Shown: positions 1 through 8,270 of the stretch, in pieces
How positions within the stretch are numbered: position 1 is the first letter of the stretch
Layout: every line of letters begins with the position of its first letter
Origin: an uncultured Myxococcales bacterium
GTDB lineage: Bacteria > Myxococcota_A > UBA9042 > CAIXZC01
DNA: 64,000 nucleotides
Assembly (NCBI GenBank): GCA_903895725.1
Contig: CAITUV010000043.1
Coordinates: 11,298 to 75,297 of the forward strand
Reading direction: 5' to 3'
Translations under genes and position numbers: made by a program
Notes under the pieces: model-generated
The model's database searches: none
What the model was told of the DNA's origin: nothing
Seen by the model: the letters and a program-made list of their open reading frames with translations, nothing else

Positions 1-91
1 GGTCGCAGCGCTCCAGAAGCAGTAAATGTCGGCCCACCCTCGGTCGTCCGAAGGACCCCCGTTTCCAGGGGCAGGAAGAGGAGGCTACTCC

Positions 92-787
92 ATGCGTTTG
101 GCACTCATCCATGCATCCAGGCTCGTTGCCCTGACCGCGGTCTTCCAGGCCTTCCTGGCGTTTGCCCCCCCGCCCGCCCTGGCCGCCGACGACCCGCTCG
201 TTCTCGCGCGCGAGGTCGAAAAGTACTACGCCCAAGTGCAGGACTTCAGCGCCCGATTCGAGCAGGTCGTCACCCGGGCACACCTCCCCGACCGTCCCGC
301 CACCAAGACCGGCCGCGTCTACTTCAAGAAGCCCGGTATGATGCGCTGGGACTACCTCGAGCCCGACAAGGTCCACTACGTCAGCGACGGCAAGATCCTG
401 TGGAACTACATCCCCGACAGCAAGCTGGCCTACCGCCTCGACGTTCGCGACAGCGAGCTCTTCTACGCCCTCAAGTTCCTCTTCGGCGAGGGGAGCCTGG
501 AGAAGGATTTCGCCGTCTCGGCGGGTGAGCCGGATGCCGAAGGCTACCGGGTCCTGGTCGTGAAGCCTCGTACCTCCGAACAGAACTTCCAGGAGCTCAG
601 GCTTCTCGTCGAGAAGGACTCGGCACGGATTGCCGGAACGGTCATCGTCGACCCGGCCGGAAACGTCAGTCGGCTCAAGTTCCTCAAGGTGAGCACCCAG
701 AAGCTCCCGGAGGACGGATTCCGATTCACCCCTCCGGCCGATGTCCAGGTGGAGGATCTCTCGGCCCCCGCCCCCCAGAACCCCTGA
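92..787 (+). CDS. lolA: outer-membrane lipoprotein carrier protein, LolA family
   Basis: ORF 26..787; start placed at ATG 92, preceded by GGAAGAGGAGG RBS; signal peptide MRLALIHASRLVALTAVFQAFLAFA; LolA-like core (VYFKKPGMMRWDY, KILWNYIPDSK). Confidence 0.75.
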   Translation: MRLALIHASRLVALTAVFQAFLAFAPPPALAADDPLVLAREVEKYYAQVQDFSARFEQVVTRAHLPDRPATKTGRVYFKKPGMMRWDYLEPDKVHYVSDGKILWNYIPDSKLAYRLDVRDSELFYALKFLFGEGSLEKDFAVSAGEPDAEGYRVLVVKPRTSEQNFQELRLLVEKDSARIAGTVIVDPAGNVSRLKFLKVSTQKLPEDGFRFTPPADVQVEDLSAPAPQNP

Positions 788-791
788 GCTC

Positions 792-2111
792 ATGAAGACC
801 TTCTTCTTCCTGTCACTGGGATGCCCCAAGAACCGCGTCGACACCGAGGTCGCTGTGGCCGCGCTCATGGCACAGGGCTACCGTGCCGTCGATTCCCCAC
901 AAGAAGCCGACCTGCTCGTGGTCAACACCTGCTCGTTCGTACTCGATGCCCGGACCGAATCGATCCAGGCTCTCGTGGAGCTGGCCGAAGTCAAGCGGAG
1001 CCGCCCCGGTACCCGCCTCGTCGCCATGGGGTGTATGGGGCAGCAGTCGGGCGACGACCTGGCCGCCGAGCTTCCCGAGCTCGACCTCGTTCTCGGTACC
1101 GGGGATCCGGCCTCCCTGCCGGAGCTCCTGAAAGGACCGGAGCGCGTGCACCGGACGGCCGCCACCTACCTGCCCGACACGGCCGTGCCCCGCGTCCTCA
1201 CGCAAAGCCCGGCATTCGCCTATCTCAAGGTGGCCGACGGCTGCTCCAGGCGATGCGCCTTCTGTACGATCCCCTCCATCAAGGGCCCGTTCGAGTCCCG
1301 GCCGATTCCCGCCCTGGTCGAGGAGGCCCGCATGCTGGCCGACCAGGGGGTGCGGGAGCTCGTTCTCGTCGCTCAGGACCTCACGCAGTTCGGGCTGCCC
1401 GGACGACGTAGCCTGCTCCGACTGCTCGACGCGCTCGAGAACGTGGACGGGATCGCATGGATCCGGCTGATGTACCTGTACCCGGAGGGGATTCCCGAGG
1501 CGTTGATTGACCGGATTGCCGCCGGTGGAAAGGTCGTTCCGTACCTGGACATGCCGTTGCAGCACGTGGACGACCGAGTCCTGCGGAAGATGCGCCGGGG
1601 CACGTCGGAGAGCAGCATCCGGCGGATCATCGACCGGATTCGGCGGGCCTCCCGCCCCATCGCACTGCGGACGACCCTGATTACGGGCCACCCGGGTGAG
1701 GACGAGGCCGCGTTTGCCAACCTCGAGCGCTTTGTGCGGGAGGCTCGCTTCGAGCACCTGGGCGTCTTTGCCTGGTCCCCCGAAGACGGTACTCCGTCCG
1801 CCGCCATGTCCGGCCGCCTCCCCGCCGCCGAGCGCAGGCGCCGCCGAGCCACCCTCATGAAGCTCCAGAAGCGGATTTCCCGGGAGATCAACCGGTCGCT
1901 CGTGGGCTCGCTCCAGGATGTCCTGGTGGAGGGCCCTTCGGCCGACCATCCCTGGGTCCTTCAGGGGCGGACTCAGCGCCAGGCCCCGGAGGTCGATGGC
2001 ATCGTCCTGCTCGACGGCTTCGAAGGTCAGCCCGGAGACCTCGTTCGAGCCCGCATCCGGCGTGCTTCCGCCTACGATCTCGTCGCGGTCCCGGCAACCG
2101 ATGGGGAGTGA
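792..2111 (+). CDS. rimO: ribosomal protein S12 methylthiotransferase RimO (radical SAM MiaB/RimO family)
   Basis: ORF 741..2111; ATG at 792, 4 nt after the lolA stop; N-terminal MTTase motif FFLSLGCPKNRVDTE; radical-SAM Cys triad CSRRCAFC; C-terminal TRAM-like domain. Confidence 0.9.
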   Translation: MKTFFFLSLGCPKNRVDTEVAVAALMAQGYRAVDSPQEADLLVVNTCSFVLDARTESIQALVELAEVKRSRPGTRLVAMGCMGQQSGDDLAAELPELDLVLGTGDPASLPELLKGPERVHRTAATYLPDTAVPRVLTQSPAFAYLKVADGCSRRCAFCTIPSIKGPFESRPIPALVEEARMLADQGVRELVLVAQDLTQFGLPGRRSLLRLLDALENVDGIAWIRLMYLYPEGIPEALIDRIAAGGKVVPYLDMPLQHVDDRVLRKMRRGTSESSIRRIIDRIRRASRPIALRTTLITGHPGEDEAAFANLERFVREARFEHLGVFAWSPEDGTPSAAMSGRLPAAERRRRRATLMKLQKRISREINRSLVGSLQDVLVEGPSADHPWVLQGRTQRQAPEVDGIVLLDGFEGQPGDLVRARIRRASAYDLVAVPATDGE

Positions 2112-2175
2112 CCCCCCGTCTCGTTCCCCTCCCCGAACACCCAACCCCGAACCCCCAACCCCGTTCTTCTCGAAT

Positions 2176-2206
2176 TTGTGTCCCGCCCACCATTTGTAGT
2201 TATACT
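2176..2206 (+). promoter_or_regulatory. possible sigma70-type promoter (TTGTGT-N19-TATACT) in an AT-rich patch
   Basis: Local AT-rich island tttgtagttatact in a GC-rich background, downstream of the rimO stop and upstream of the FGE-domain gene; the spacer is long, so the call is weak. Confidence 0.25.
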
Positions 2207-2239
2207 ACCCGGCAGGACCTCAGGGCTCGAGGTGTACCC

Positions 2240-3478
2240 GTGGCTGTGTCCTGGTCGATCCTCTGGTTCCTCGCCATCTCCTCCCCGGCTGCCGGAGCAC
2301 CGGCATCTCCTGCGGTCGAGAGCTGGTGTGCCCAGCGCTGCACCTCCCTCTACGAGGAGGAGTTGCCCGAGCCCGACTGCTCCATGGAGGTGTTCGAGCA
2401 CGAGGTTCGAGAGGGGAAGGTCGTCCTCATCCCCCGGCCCGACGTCGAGTGCCAGGTCCGGTACAACGCATGGGAGCTGCTCAAGCGCCGTGTTGCCAAC
2501 GTTCGCAGGGCGCTGCGGGCCATGCCCGAATGCCTCGCCTGGTGCCGACGAGTTGCCGCGCTGCGAGCCGATGAGCCCTTTGCTCTGGACGCCAGTCAGC
2601 ACGTGTGGCAGGTCCTCTCCGGGGTCGATACCTGCAAGGTCGGGGATGAAGACGTGATGGACCTCAGCCTCTTCCCGATGGACGTCGAGTGCACGGGCAT
2701 GAGGTTCGTGCCCGAAGGCGAGTTCATGATGGGGTGTAACGACGGCGCAGCCGACTGCCAGGACGACCAGAAGCCCCTCCACGTCATCTACCTGTCTGCG
2801 TACTTCATCGACCGGCACGAGGTGACCGTGTCCGCCTATCGCCGATGCGTGGAGCAGGGCGGCTGTCAGCCACCCCTCAGCAACGAGGTGCTCAAGTACT
2901 ACAACTGGGGGGCCGACGGTCGCGAGGGCCACCCGGTCAACGGGGTCACGTGGAATCAGGCCGATGCCTTCTGCCGCTGGGACGGAAAGCAGCTCTGCAC
3001 CGAGGCTCAGTGGGAAAAGGGGGCCCGAGGCACCGACGGACGGAACTACCCGTGGGGCAATCTTCCCCCGAACCCGCAATACGCCGTGATGGACGACGGC
3101 CTGGACGATGCGGAAGAGGGGAGGAAGCGCCCCTGGCCGGTCCTGTCCACCACGTCGACCGTCTGCTCCCGGGAAGCCGGGGACAGCCCGTACGGCCTGT
3201 GCGACATGGCCGGCAACGTCTGGGAGTGGGTGTCGGACTGGTACTCCCCTTCGTTCTACGAGAAGAGCCCCCGGTCCGACCCCCACGGTCCCTCCGAGGG
3301 AGACCTCAAGGTCATTCGCGGGGGACGCTTCTCCCGCGTCGGGTTCTCACTCACCAGCTTCCATCGAGGGCGCTTCCTGCCCTCCGACCAGTTCGCATAT
3401 CTAGGCTTCCGCTGCTGCCGGCCCATCGGCGGCCAGGGTGCCCTTTCCCATGGAGGAAGGACGAATGACGGCTTCTAG
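2240..3478 (+). CDS. formylglycine-generating enzyme (SUMF1/FGE-sulfatase) domain protein
   Basis: ORF open from GTG 2108 (overlaps the rimO stop as GTGA); FGE motifs HPVNGVTWNQADAFCRW, YGLCDMAGNVWEWVSDWY, KVIRGGRF; hydrophobic N-terminal segment VAVSWSILWFLAISSPAAGAPA; start uncertain (GTG 2240/2246 versus 2108). Confidence 0.7.
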   Translation: MAVSWSILWFLAISSPAAGAPASPAVESWCAQRCTSLYEEELPEPDCSMEVFEHEVREGKVVLIPRPDVECQVRYNAWELLKRRVANVRRALRAMPECLAWCRRVAALRADEPFALDASQHVWQVLSGVDTCKVGDEDVMDLSLFPMDVECTGMRFVPEGEFMMGCNDGAADCQDDQKPLHVIYLSAYFIDRHEVTVSAYRRCVEQGGCQPPLSNEVLKYYNWGADGREGHPVNGVTWNQADAFCRWDGKQLCTEAQWEKGARGTDGRNYPWGNLPPNPQYAVMDDGLDDAEEGRKRPWPVLSTTSTVCSREAGDSPYGLCDMAGNVWEWVSDWYSPSFYEKSPRSDPHGPSEGDLKVIRGGRFSRVGFSLTSFHRGRFLPSDQFAYLGFRCCRPIGGQGALSHGGRTNDGF

Positions 3479-4133
3479 GAACGGCCAGACGATTCGGGCA
3501 GCTGCCTGTGTGCTGCTGCTTTCCGCTGCATGGACCGGGTGCTCCGGGAGCGGGCTCACCCTCGGGCCGCCTCAGCCCGGGGAGCAGCTCGACTACGACG
3601 ACTCGCTCGACCGCTGGACCCGGAGCCAGCGGCTCTACCAGAGCTTCGAGACCGTGGCCGTCGTCGAGGCCACGTTCTTTTCCCCGGAATTCCTCGCCGC
3701 CTACCTGGAGGAGTACCGCCGGGTCTTCAACCCGCTGCCTGCGGAGCTGGAAGCCCTGACGACCCGACTGCAGGCCAGACAGCAGCGCAAGGAGTGCTTC
3801 TTCGTCAGCGTGTTCACCGGCGAACGCGACTGGAACGACCTGGCTCTCGCCAACAGCACCTGGAAGGTCTACCTGGAGAACGACCGCGGCGGTCGCGCTC
3901 GCTCCACGCAGATCAGCCAGGTGGACAAGTCGGATCCGCTCTATCGGCATTTCTTCCCTCATTTCCGGGACTTCTTCGAGGGCTACCAGGTCTGTTTCGA
4001 CCGAGTCCTTCCGCAGGAACCCGGCTCGGCCGGGCTTCCCGGAGAGCTCCTGGACTCCGCCGTGCGCACGTTCCATCTGGACCTGCGGTCCACGGTCGGA
4101 GCCATCAGACTTACCTGGGAGCTGGGGGACTGA
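3465..4133 (+). CDS. hypothetical lipoprotein
   Basis: ORF 3438..4133; ATG 3465 after GGAGGAAGG RBS; lipoprotein signal with lipobox (AACVLLLSAAWTGC); no recognised catalytic motif. Confidence 0.6.
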   Translation: MTASRNGQTIRAAACVLLLSAAWTGCSGSGLTLGPPQPGEQLDYDDSLDRWTRSQRLYQSFETVAVVEATFFSPEFLAAYLEEYRRVFNPLPAELEALTTRLQARQQRKECFFVSVFTGERDWNDLALANSTWKVYLENDRGGRARSTQISQVDKSDPLYRHFFPHFRDFFEGYQVCFDRVLPQEPGSAGLPGELLDSAVRTFHLDLRSTVGAIRLTWELGD

Positions 4134-4181
4134 GACGGAGATTGAAGGCCCCGCAGCATCGGGGGGCAATGGCCGGGAGTG

Positions 4182-4580
4182 CTAGAATCCTTCCTCGAAC
4201 AGGTGCACGTCCTTGTCGCGGATGTAGCGGTTGATCGCAGCCACGATGCTCTCCGGAAGGTCGACGAACTGGACTCCAACGCCCGCGGGCTGATCACCGC
4301 CGGTGTAATCATCCCGGATCCACTGGACCCGCACGAGAGCTTCCACGGGCTCCTTGAGCGTCGGGAACGTGAAGCGGATCTGAAGCTCGTCGCCCACCCG
4401 ATGCCGGGCATTGGTCGTGACGAAAAGACCGCCACTGCTGATGTCCTTGATCAGCCCCGTGTACGGCACGTGCTCGCCCTGAACATCGACCTCCAGATCA
4501 TAGTCGAGCTTGAGTCGTGGAGCTCTCCTCCGCCCTTCCGCAGGCCCCGTCTCCCCGCCCTTCTCAATCGAATCATTCAT
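4182..4580 (-). CDS. PilZ-domain c-di-GMP binding protein
   Basis: C-terminal 132 codons of minus ORF 4182..5090, starting at ATG (plus-strand cat 4578..4580); PilZ signature RRRAPR ... DISSGG; the upstream part of the ORF overlaps the GH31 gene and is rejected. Confidence 0.8.
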   Translation of the reverse strand: MNDSIEKGGETGPAEGRRRAPRLKLDYDLEVDVQGEHVPYTGLIKDISSGGLFVTTNARHRVGDELQIRFTFPTLKEPVEALVRVQWIRDDYTGGDQPAGVGVQFVDLPESIVAAINRYIRDKDVHLFEEGF

Positions 4581-4624
4581 CGCAGACCCTCCGCCACGGC
4601 GGCGTTGCCGCCCGATCACCGGGG

Positions 4625-4653
4625 TATAATAAGCGTTCCTTCTTCGAGGTACA
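4625..4653 (-). promoter_or_regulatory. candidate promoter for the PilZ gene (minus strand TTGTAC-N17-TATTAT)
   Basis: On the minus strand, TTGTAC (plus 4648..4653), a 17-nt spacer and TATTAT (plus 4625..4630); about 45 nt upstream of the PilZ ATG; an unusually AT-rich hexamer for this background. Confidence 0.35.
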
Positions 4654-4743
4654 AGGTCGATTTCCAGGCGCCGGCCTGGCGCCCCGAAATCCGTTGTCAA
4701 CCCGGCCGGTGCGCATGTAGTCTCCGGGAGAGGAGGTGAGGCG

Positions 4744-7377
4744 ATGCGCTGGCCAATTGCACTTGCAGTTCTCTCATCGGCAGCGGCCGTGGCCGCATGC
4801 TCGGGCAGCGGGGGAGGGCGGTCCGACGCCATTTCCGAAGCCCGAAACCAGGACTTTGTTGGAGACGGCCCGGGGCAGGACGACCTCACAACGGACCTGG
4901 TGTCGGCCCCGGATGCGGCGGACGTCGGGCCGGACACCTCCATCGTCGTTCCCCCCAAGGTAGTGCTGGACGATGGCAAGGGAAACCGTGTCGAGGTGGT
5001 GCCTGAACCACTGGCAATCACCGGCTTCGTGGGGGACAAACCGGTCTGGCTCGGTATCGATACCCCGGTCCTGCTCGGCTGCGTGGACAAACCGTCCTTG
5101 TCCGCACGCTACGACCCGGAGCTGCTGCCGGAAGACCTCCGCTGGGTCCCCCTCGGTGGTCCGGTAAGCTTCTCGCCAGGGCAGGATGGAACTGAGGCCC
5201 ATATCCTCTATGAACCGGAGCCCGGCATGGCCGTGCAGCTCGACGTGGCCATCACGGGGACGGGCATCTTCACCTTCGACATAGCTCCGGTGGAGCCCAG
5301 CAACGTCGTCCTCATCCAGCTCGCCCAGGTCTCCAAGGACGCTGGCGAGAACTTCTACGGCCTGGGAGAGAGCTTCGACCACGTCGCCCGCCGAGGCACC
5401 ATCCGACACATGCACATCACCCTCGACCTGACCCAGGAATCCGGCTACAACGAGGCACACTTCCCCATCCCCCTCCTTGTCTCGACCCTCGGTTCCGGAA
5501 CCTTTGTCGAAGACCGCCACCCCGGCCTGTTCGACGTCTGCAAGACCGACCCGGAACGGATCGCCATCCGATTCTCTGCCCGCACCCTGCGATTCCACGT
5601 CCTGCTGGCCCAAACCCCTCTGGACGTCGTGGGGCGGTACTCGGACATCACCGGCCGGCCCGCACTCCCACCCCAGTGGGCCTTCGGCGTCGTGCAGTGG
5701 CGCAACGAGGTCTCCGGACAGGCCATGGTCATGGAGGACGCCCAAGCCATGCGGGACAGAGACCTCCCCTGCTCCGGAATCTGGGTCGACCGCCCCTTTG
5801 CCACTGCCCACGAATCGTTCATCTTCGATCCGAAGAAATACCCCGATTCCAAGCAGATGGTTCAGGACCTCAATGCTCTGGGGTACCGCGTCTCCATCTG
5901 GTCGGCCCCCTATCTCAGCAAGGACCTGGCCGCTGAATATGCCGAGGCGGAGGCCAACGGATACTTCGTCGAAAGCCCCGACATCAACTTCGACAAGTTC
6001 GGGACACTCGTGGACTTCACCGACCCGGGCCTCGTCAAGCTCTGGCAGAAGCTGCTCAAGAACGCCACCGACATCGGGATCGAAGGGTTCAAGCTCGACT
6101 ATGGCGAGGACGTGATCTCCGGATACATGTCCGTCAAGACGGACTTCACCTTCTTCAACGGAGAGGGGTCCGACACCATGCACCACTGGTACCACTACTT
6201 CTACCACAAGACCTACCGCGACATGATCCAGGGCGATGCCTTCCTCATCAACCGCGCCGGCTGCTACGGAGACCAGACCGTCACCTCCGTCTGCTGGCCC
6301 GGCGACCTCGACGTGGGGTTCCAGTTCCATGGCGAGGACGGACACGTCGGCGGGCTCCCCGCTGCAATCATCGGCAACCAGACCCTGTCTGCCAGCGGCT
6401 ACCCGTTCTTCGGGTCCGACACGGGAGGCTACCGCCATCTCCGTCCTACCAAGGAGCTCCTGCTGCGATGGGTGGCGCACACCGCCCTGTCTCCCGTTCT
6501 CCAGTTCGGCGGCGCCAGCGTCAACTGCAACCCGTGGGATTTCACCGCGTACCCCGGCGACGACGAGGGCCCTGAAGGGTATGTCTCCCAGTTCGATGAG
6601 GAAACCGTGGACATCTGGCGCAAGCTCGCCAGGCTCCATATCCGGCTCTTCCCCTATGTCTACACCTACGCCGTTGCAGCCAGCCTCACCGGAATCCCCC
6701 TCACGCGGCCGTTCGGAATGGTCCATCCCGAGCTCGGACACCACCCGGACTTCCAGTACTTCTACGGCGATGCCTTCACCGTCGCTCCGGTCTATCGACA
6801 GGAATCGGAAATCTCAGTGTTCGTACCGCCGGGCAAATGGATCGACTGGTTCACCGGAGAGCGGTTCGAAGGGCCCAAGGAAGAAACCTTCACCGTCCCA
6901 CTGGACCGTCTCGTCCTCCTGGTCCGACAGGGTTCCATCATCCCCATGCTCAGGGAGAGCGTCGATACCCTCGCCCCCGCCACCGAGGTCGGCGTGGATT
7001 CCTTCCACGAGGATGCCGGGACCCTGGTCGTGCGGGCCTTCCCGGACGAGGGACAGAGCGAGTTCTCAACCGTGCTCGGCCCCTCGCTCGAAACGTCCTT
7101 CGTTCCCGACGACGGCTCGCTCCACTTCCGCTTCGATTCCCTGGAGCCCTTCACGGGTATCCGCTTCGAAATCGATACCGAACATCTGCCGGGCGGTGCT
7201 GCCGGCTCGGTCGTGGTCAAGGGGGAGGACGGAACCGAGTACCAGGGAGTCCAGGATGTCGAACCCCTGCGGACAGCGAAGTGCGCAGCGTGCTACTTCT
7301 TCGACAAGGAGAACGGCTGGTTGCACGTGGCTCCTGCGCCAACGGACAAGGAGTTCACCCTCCTCCCTTCCAACTGA
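4744..7377 (+). CDS. glycoside hydrolase family 31 lipoprotein (alpha-glucosidase/alpha-xylosidase-like)
   Basis: ATG 4744 after AGGAGGTGAG RBS; lipoprotein signal LAVLSSAAAVAAC; GH31 signatures WPGDLDVGF and GSDTGGY...LLLRWVAHTALSPVLQFGG, with a GIEGFKLDYGED nucleophile-region analogue. Confidence 0.85.
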   Translation: MRWPIALAVLSSAAAVAACSGSGGGRSDAISEARNQDFVGDGPGQDDLTTDLVSAPDAADVGPDTSIVVPPKVVLDDGKGNRVEVVPEPLAITGFVGDKPVWLGIDTPVLLGCVDKPSLSARYDPELLPEDLRWVPLGGPVSFSPGQDGTEAHILYEPEPGMAVQLDVAITGTGIFTFDIAPVEPSNVVLIQLAQVSKDAGENFYGLGESFDHVARRGTIRHMHITLDLTQESGYNEAHFPIPLLVSTLGSGTFVEDRHPGLFDVCKTDPERIAIRFSARTLRFHVLLAQTPLDVVGRYSDITGRPALPPQWAFGVVQWRNEVSGQAMVMEDAQAMRDRDLPCSGIWVDRPFATAHESFIFDPKKYPDSKQMVQDLNALGYRVSIWSAPYLSKDLAAEYAEAEANGYFVESPDINFDKFGTLVDFTDPGLVKLWQKLLKNATDIGIEGFKLDYGEDVISGYMSVKTDFTFFNGEGSDTMHHWYHYFYHKTYRDMIQGDAFLINRAGCYGDQTVTSVCWPGDLDVGFQFHGEDGHVGGLPAAIIGNQTLSASGYPFFGSDTGGYRHLRPTKELLLRWVAHTALSPVLQFGGASVNCNPWDFTAYPGDDEGPEGYVSQFDEETVDIWRKLARLHIRLFPYVYTYAVAASLTGIPLTRPFGMVHPELGHHPDFQYFYGDAFTVAPVYRQESEISVFVPPGKWIDWFTGERFEGPKEETFTVPLDRLVLLVRQGSIIPMLRESVDTLAPATEVGVDSFHEDAGTLVVRAFPDEGQSEFSTVLGPSLETSFVPDDGSLHFRFDSLEPFTGIRFEIDTEHLPGGAAGSVVVKGEDGTEYQGVQDVEPLRTAKCAACYFFDKENGWLHVAPAPTDKEFTLLPSN

Positions 7378-7465
7378 GCAGCGACCGCGACCAGGCTTTT
7401 CGCCTCCCGGCACCTCCTCTCTGAATGTTTGAAATGTGACCTTTTCCCAGGTGACACAATCTTCC

Positions 7466-7494
7466 TTGACAGGCAGGGGTTCCACGCCTACAGT
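7466..7494 (+). promoter_or_regulatory. candidate sigma70-type promoter TTGACA-N17-TACAGT
   Basis: TTGACA at 7466..7471, 17-nt spacer, TACAGT at 7489..7494, about 115 nt upstream of the HTH-REC gene start; preceded by a direct repeat of GTGAC (7435..7457). Confidence 0.4.
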
Positions 7495-7608
7495 GGCCGC
7501 AGTGACGGGTTTGGTAGGAAGTCAGGATATTCGGGGTGGGATGGCGATTCAATAGATTGCCTCTCCGGCAAGAGGCACCTGCAGTTGCCGGAATGGGGGA
7601 GGTGGCAG

Positions 7609-8181
7609 ATGGCAGAGAGGAAGAAGGCGGTCAAGCTCAAGGAGGTCTTCACGACCTATGACGCCGCAAGGATTTGCAACGCCAACATCGCTTCGATCAA
7701 GAACTGGATCCAGAAGGGGCTCCTCCGAGCCTTCCGAACTCCCGGCGGTCACTACCGGATCAAGCGGCGGGATCTGGAGCTGTTCCTCAAGAAGTACAAC
7801 ATGCCTTACCCGTTCCAGGACAAGGCGGAGAAGCAGATCTACGTGCTGACTCGGGACGACGCGTTCTACTCCGAAGTCGAGAAGGGACTCGCCGGTCACT
7901 CGGTCCGATGCTTTGGTGACGTGCTCGAGTCTGCACTCAACATCGGCCTCGAACGCCCCGACATTCTCGTGCTCGACCTCTCTTCCGTCGGGGAGGGGCT
8001 GGGGCTGCTCGAGCTGGTGAGCGGCTGCCCCGACACCCGGAACATCCAGTTCGTGCTGGTGGTGGCCGGTAAGAGCACCCCCGCTTCGGTGGAGCTGAGG
8101 AAGAAGTGGAACCTCGAGGATCTCATCGACAGGACCCTCGGCTCCGCCGCAGTCCTCAAGTCGCTTCAGCGCCTTCTCTAG
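7609..8181 (+). CDS. HTH (excisionase/MerR-like) DNA-binding domain fused to a C-terminal receiver-like domain
   Basis: ORF 7429..8181; ATG 7609 after GGGGGAGGTGG RBS; N-terminal HTH (TTYDAARICNANIASIKNWIQKGLLRAFRTPGGHYRIKRRDLELFL); C-terminal REC-like acidic pocket (LTRDD, ILVLDLSS, VVAGK). Confidence 0.7.
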   Translation: MAERKKAVKLKEVFTTYDAARICNANIASIKNWIQKGLLRAFRTPGGHYRIKRRDLELFLKKYNMPYPFQDKAEKQIYVLTRDDAFYSEVEKGLAGHSVRCFGDVLESALNIGLERPDILVLDLSSVGEGLGLLELVSGCPDTRNIQFVLVVAGKSTPASVELRKKWNLEDLIDRTLGSAAVLKSLQRLL

Positions 8182-8270
8182 CACGCCAGCAAGGCGTCAC
8201 CGCTGTGTCGTCCTCTTGTTCTTGCTCCCCCTCTGTTGCTATCATCCCCTCGCGTCGTACGGAGGAACGC

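Noticed and set aside
2072-3286. 404-aa minus-strand ORF antisense to the FGE-domain gene
   Set aside because: The sense frame carries clear FGE motifs; the antisense translation is low-complexity.
4581-5090. N-terminal 170 codons of minus ORF 4182..5090 upstream of the PilZ domain
   Set aside because: Overlaps the GH31 gene start region; low-complexity; the PilZ domain has its own ATG preceded by a promoter-like element.
8106-8270. Upstream GTG start (8106) for the large lipoprotein
   Set aside because: Would overlap the preceding HTH-REC gene by 75 nt and place about 55 non-hydrophobic residues before the signal peptide; TTG 8271 follows a GGAGGA RBS and yields a canonical lipoprotein signal.
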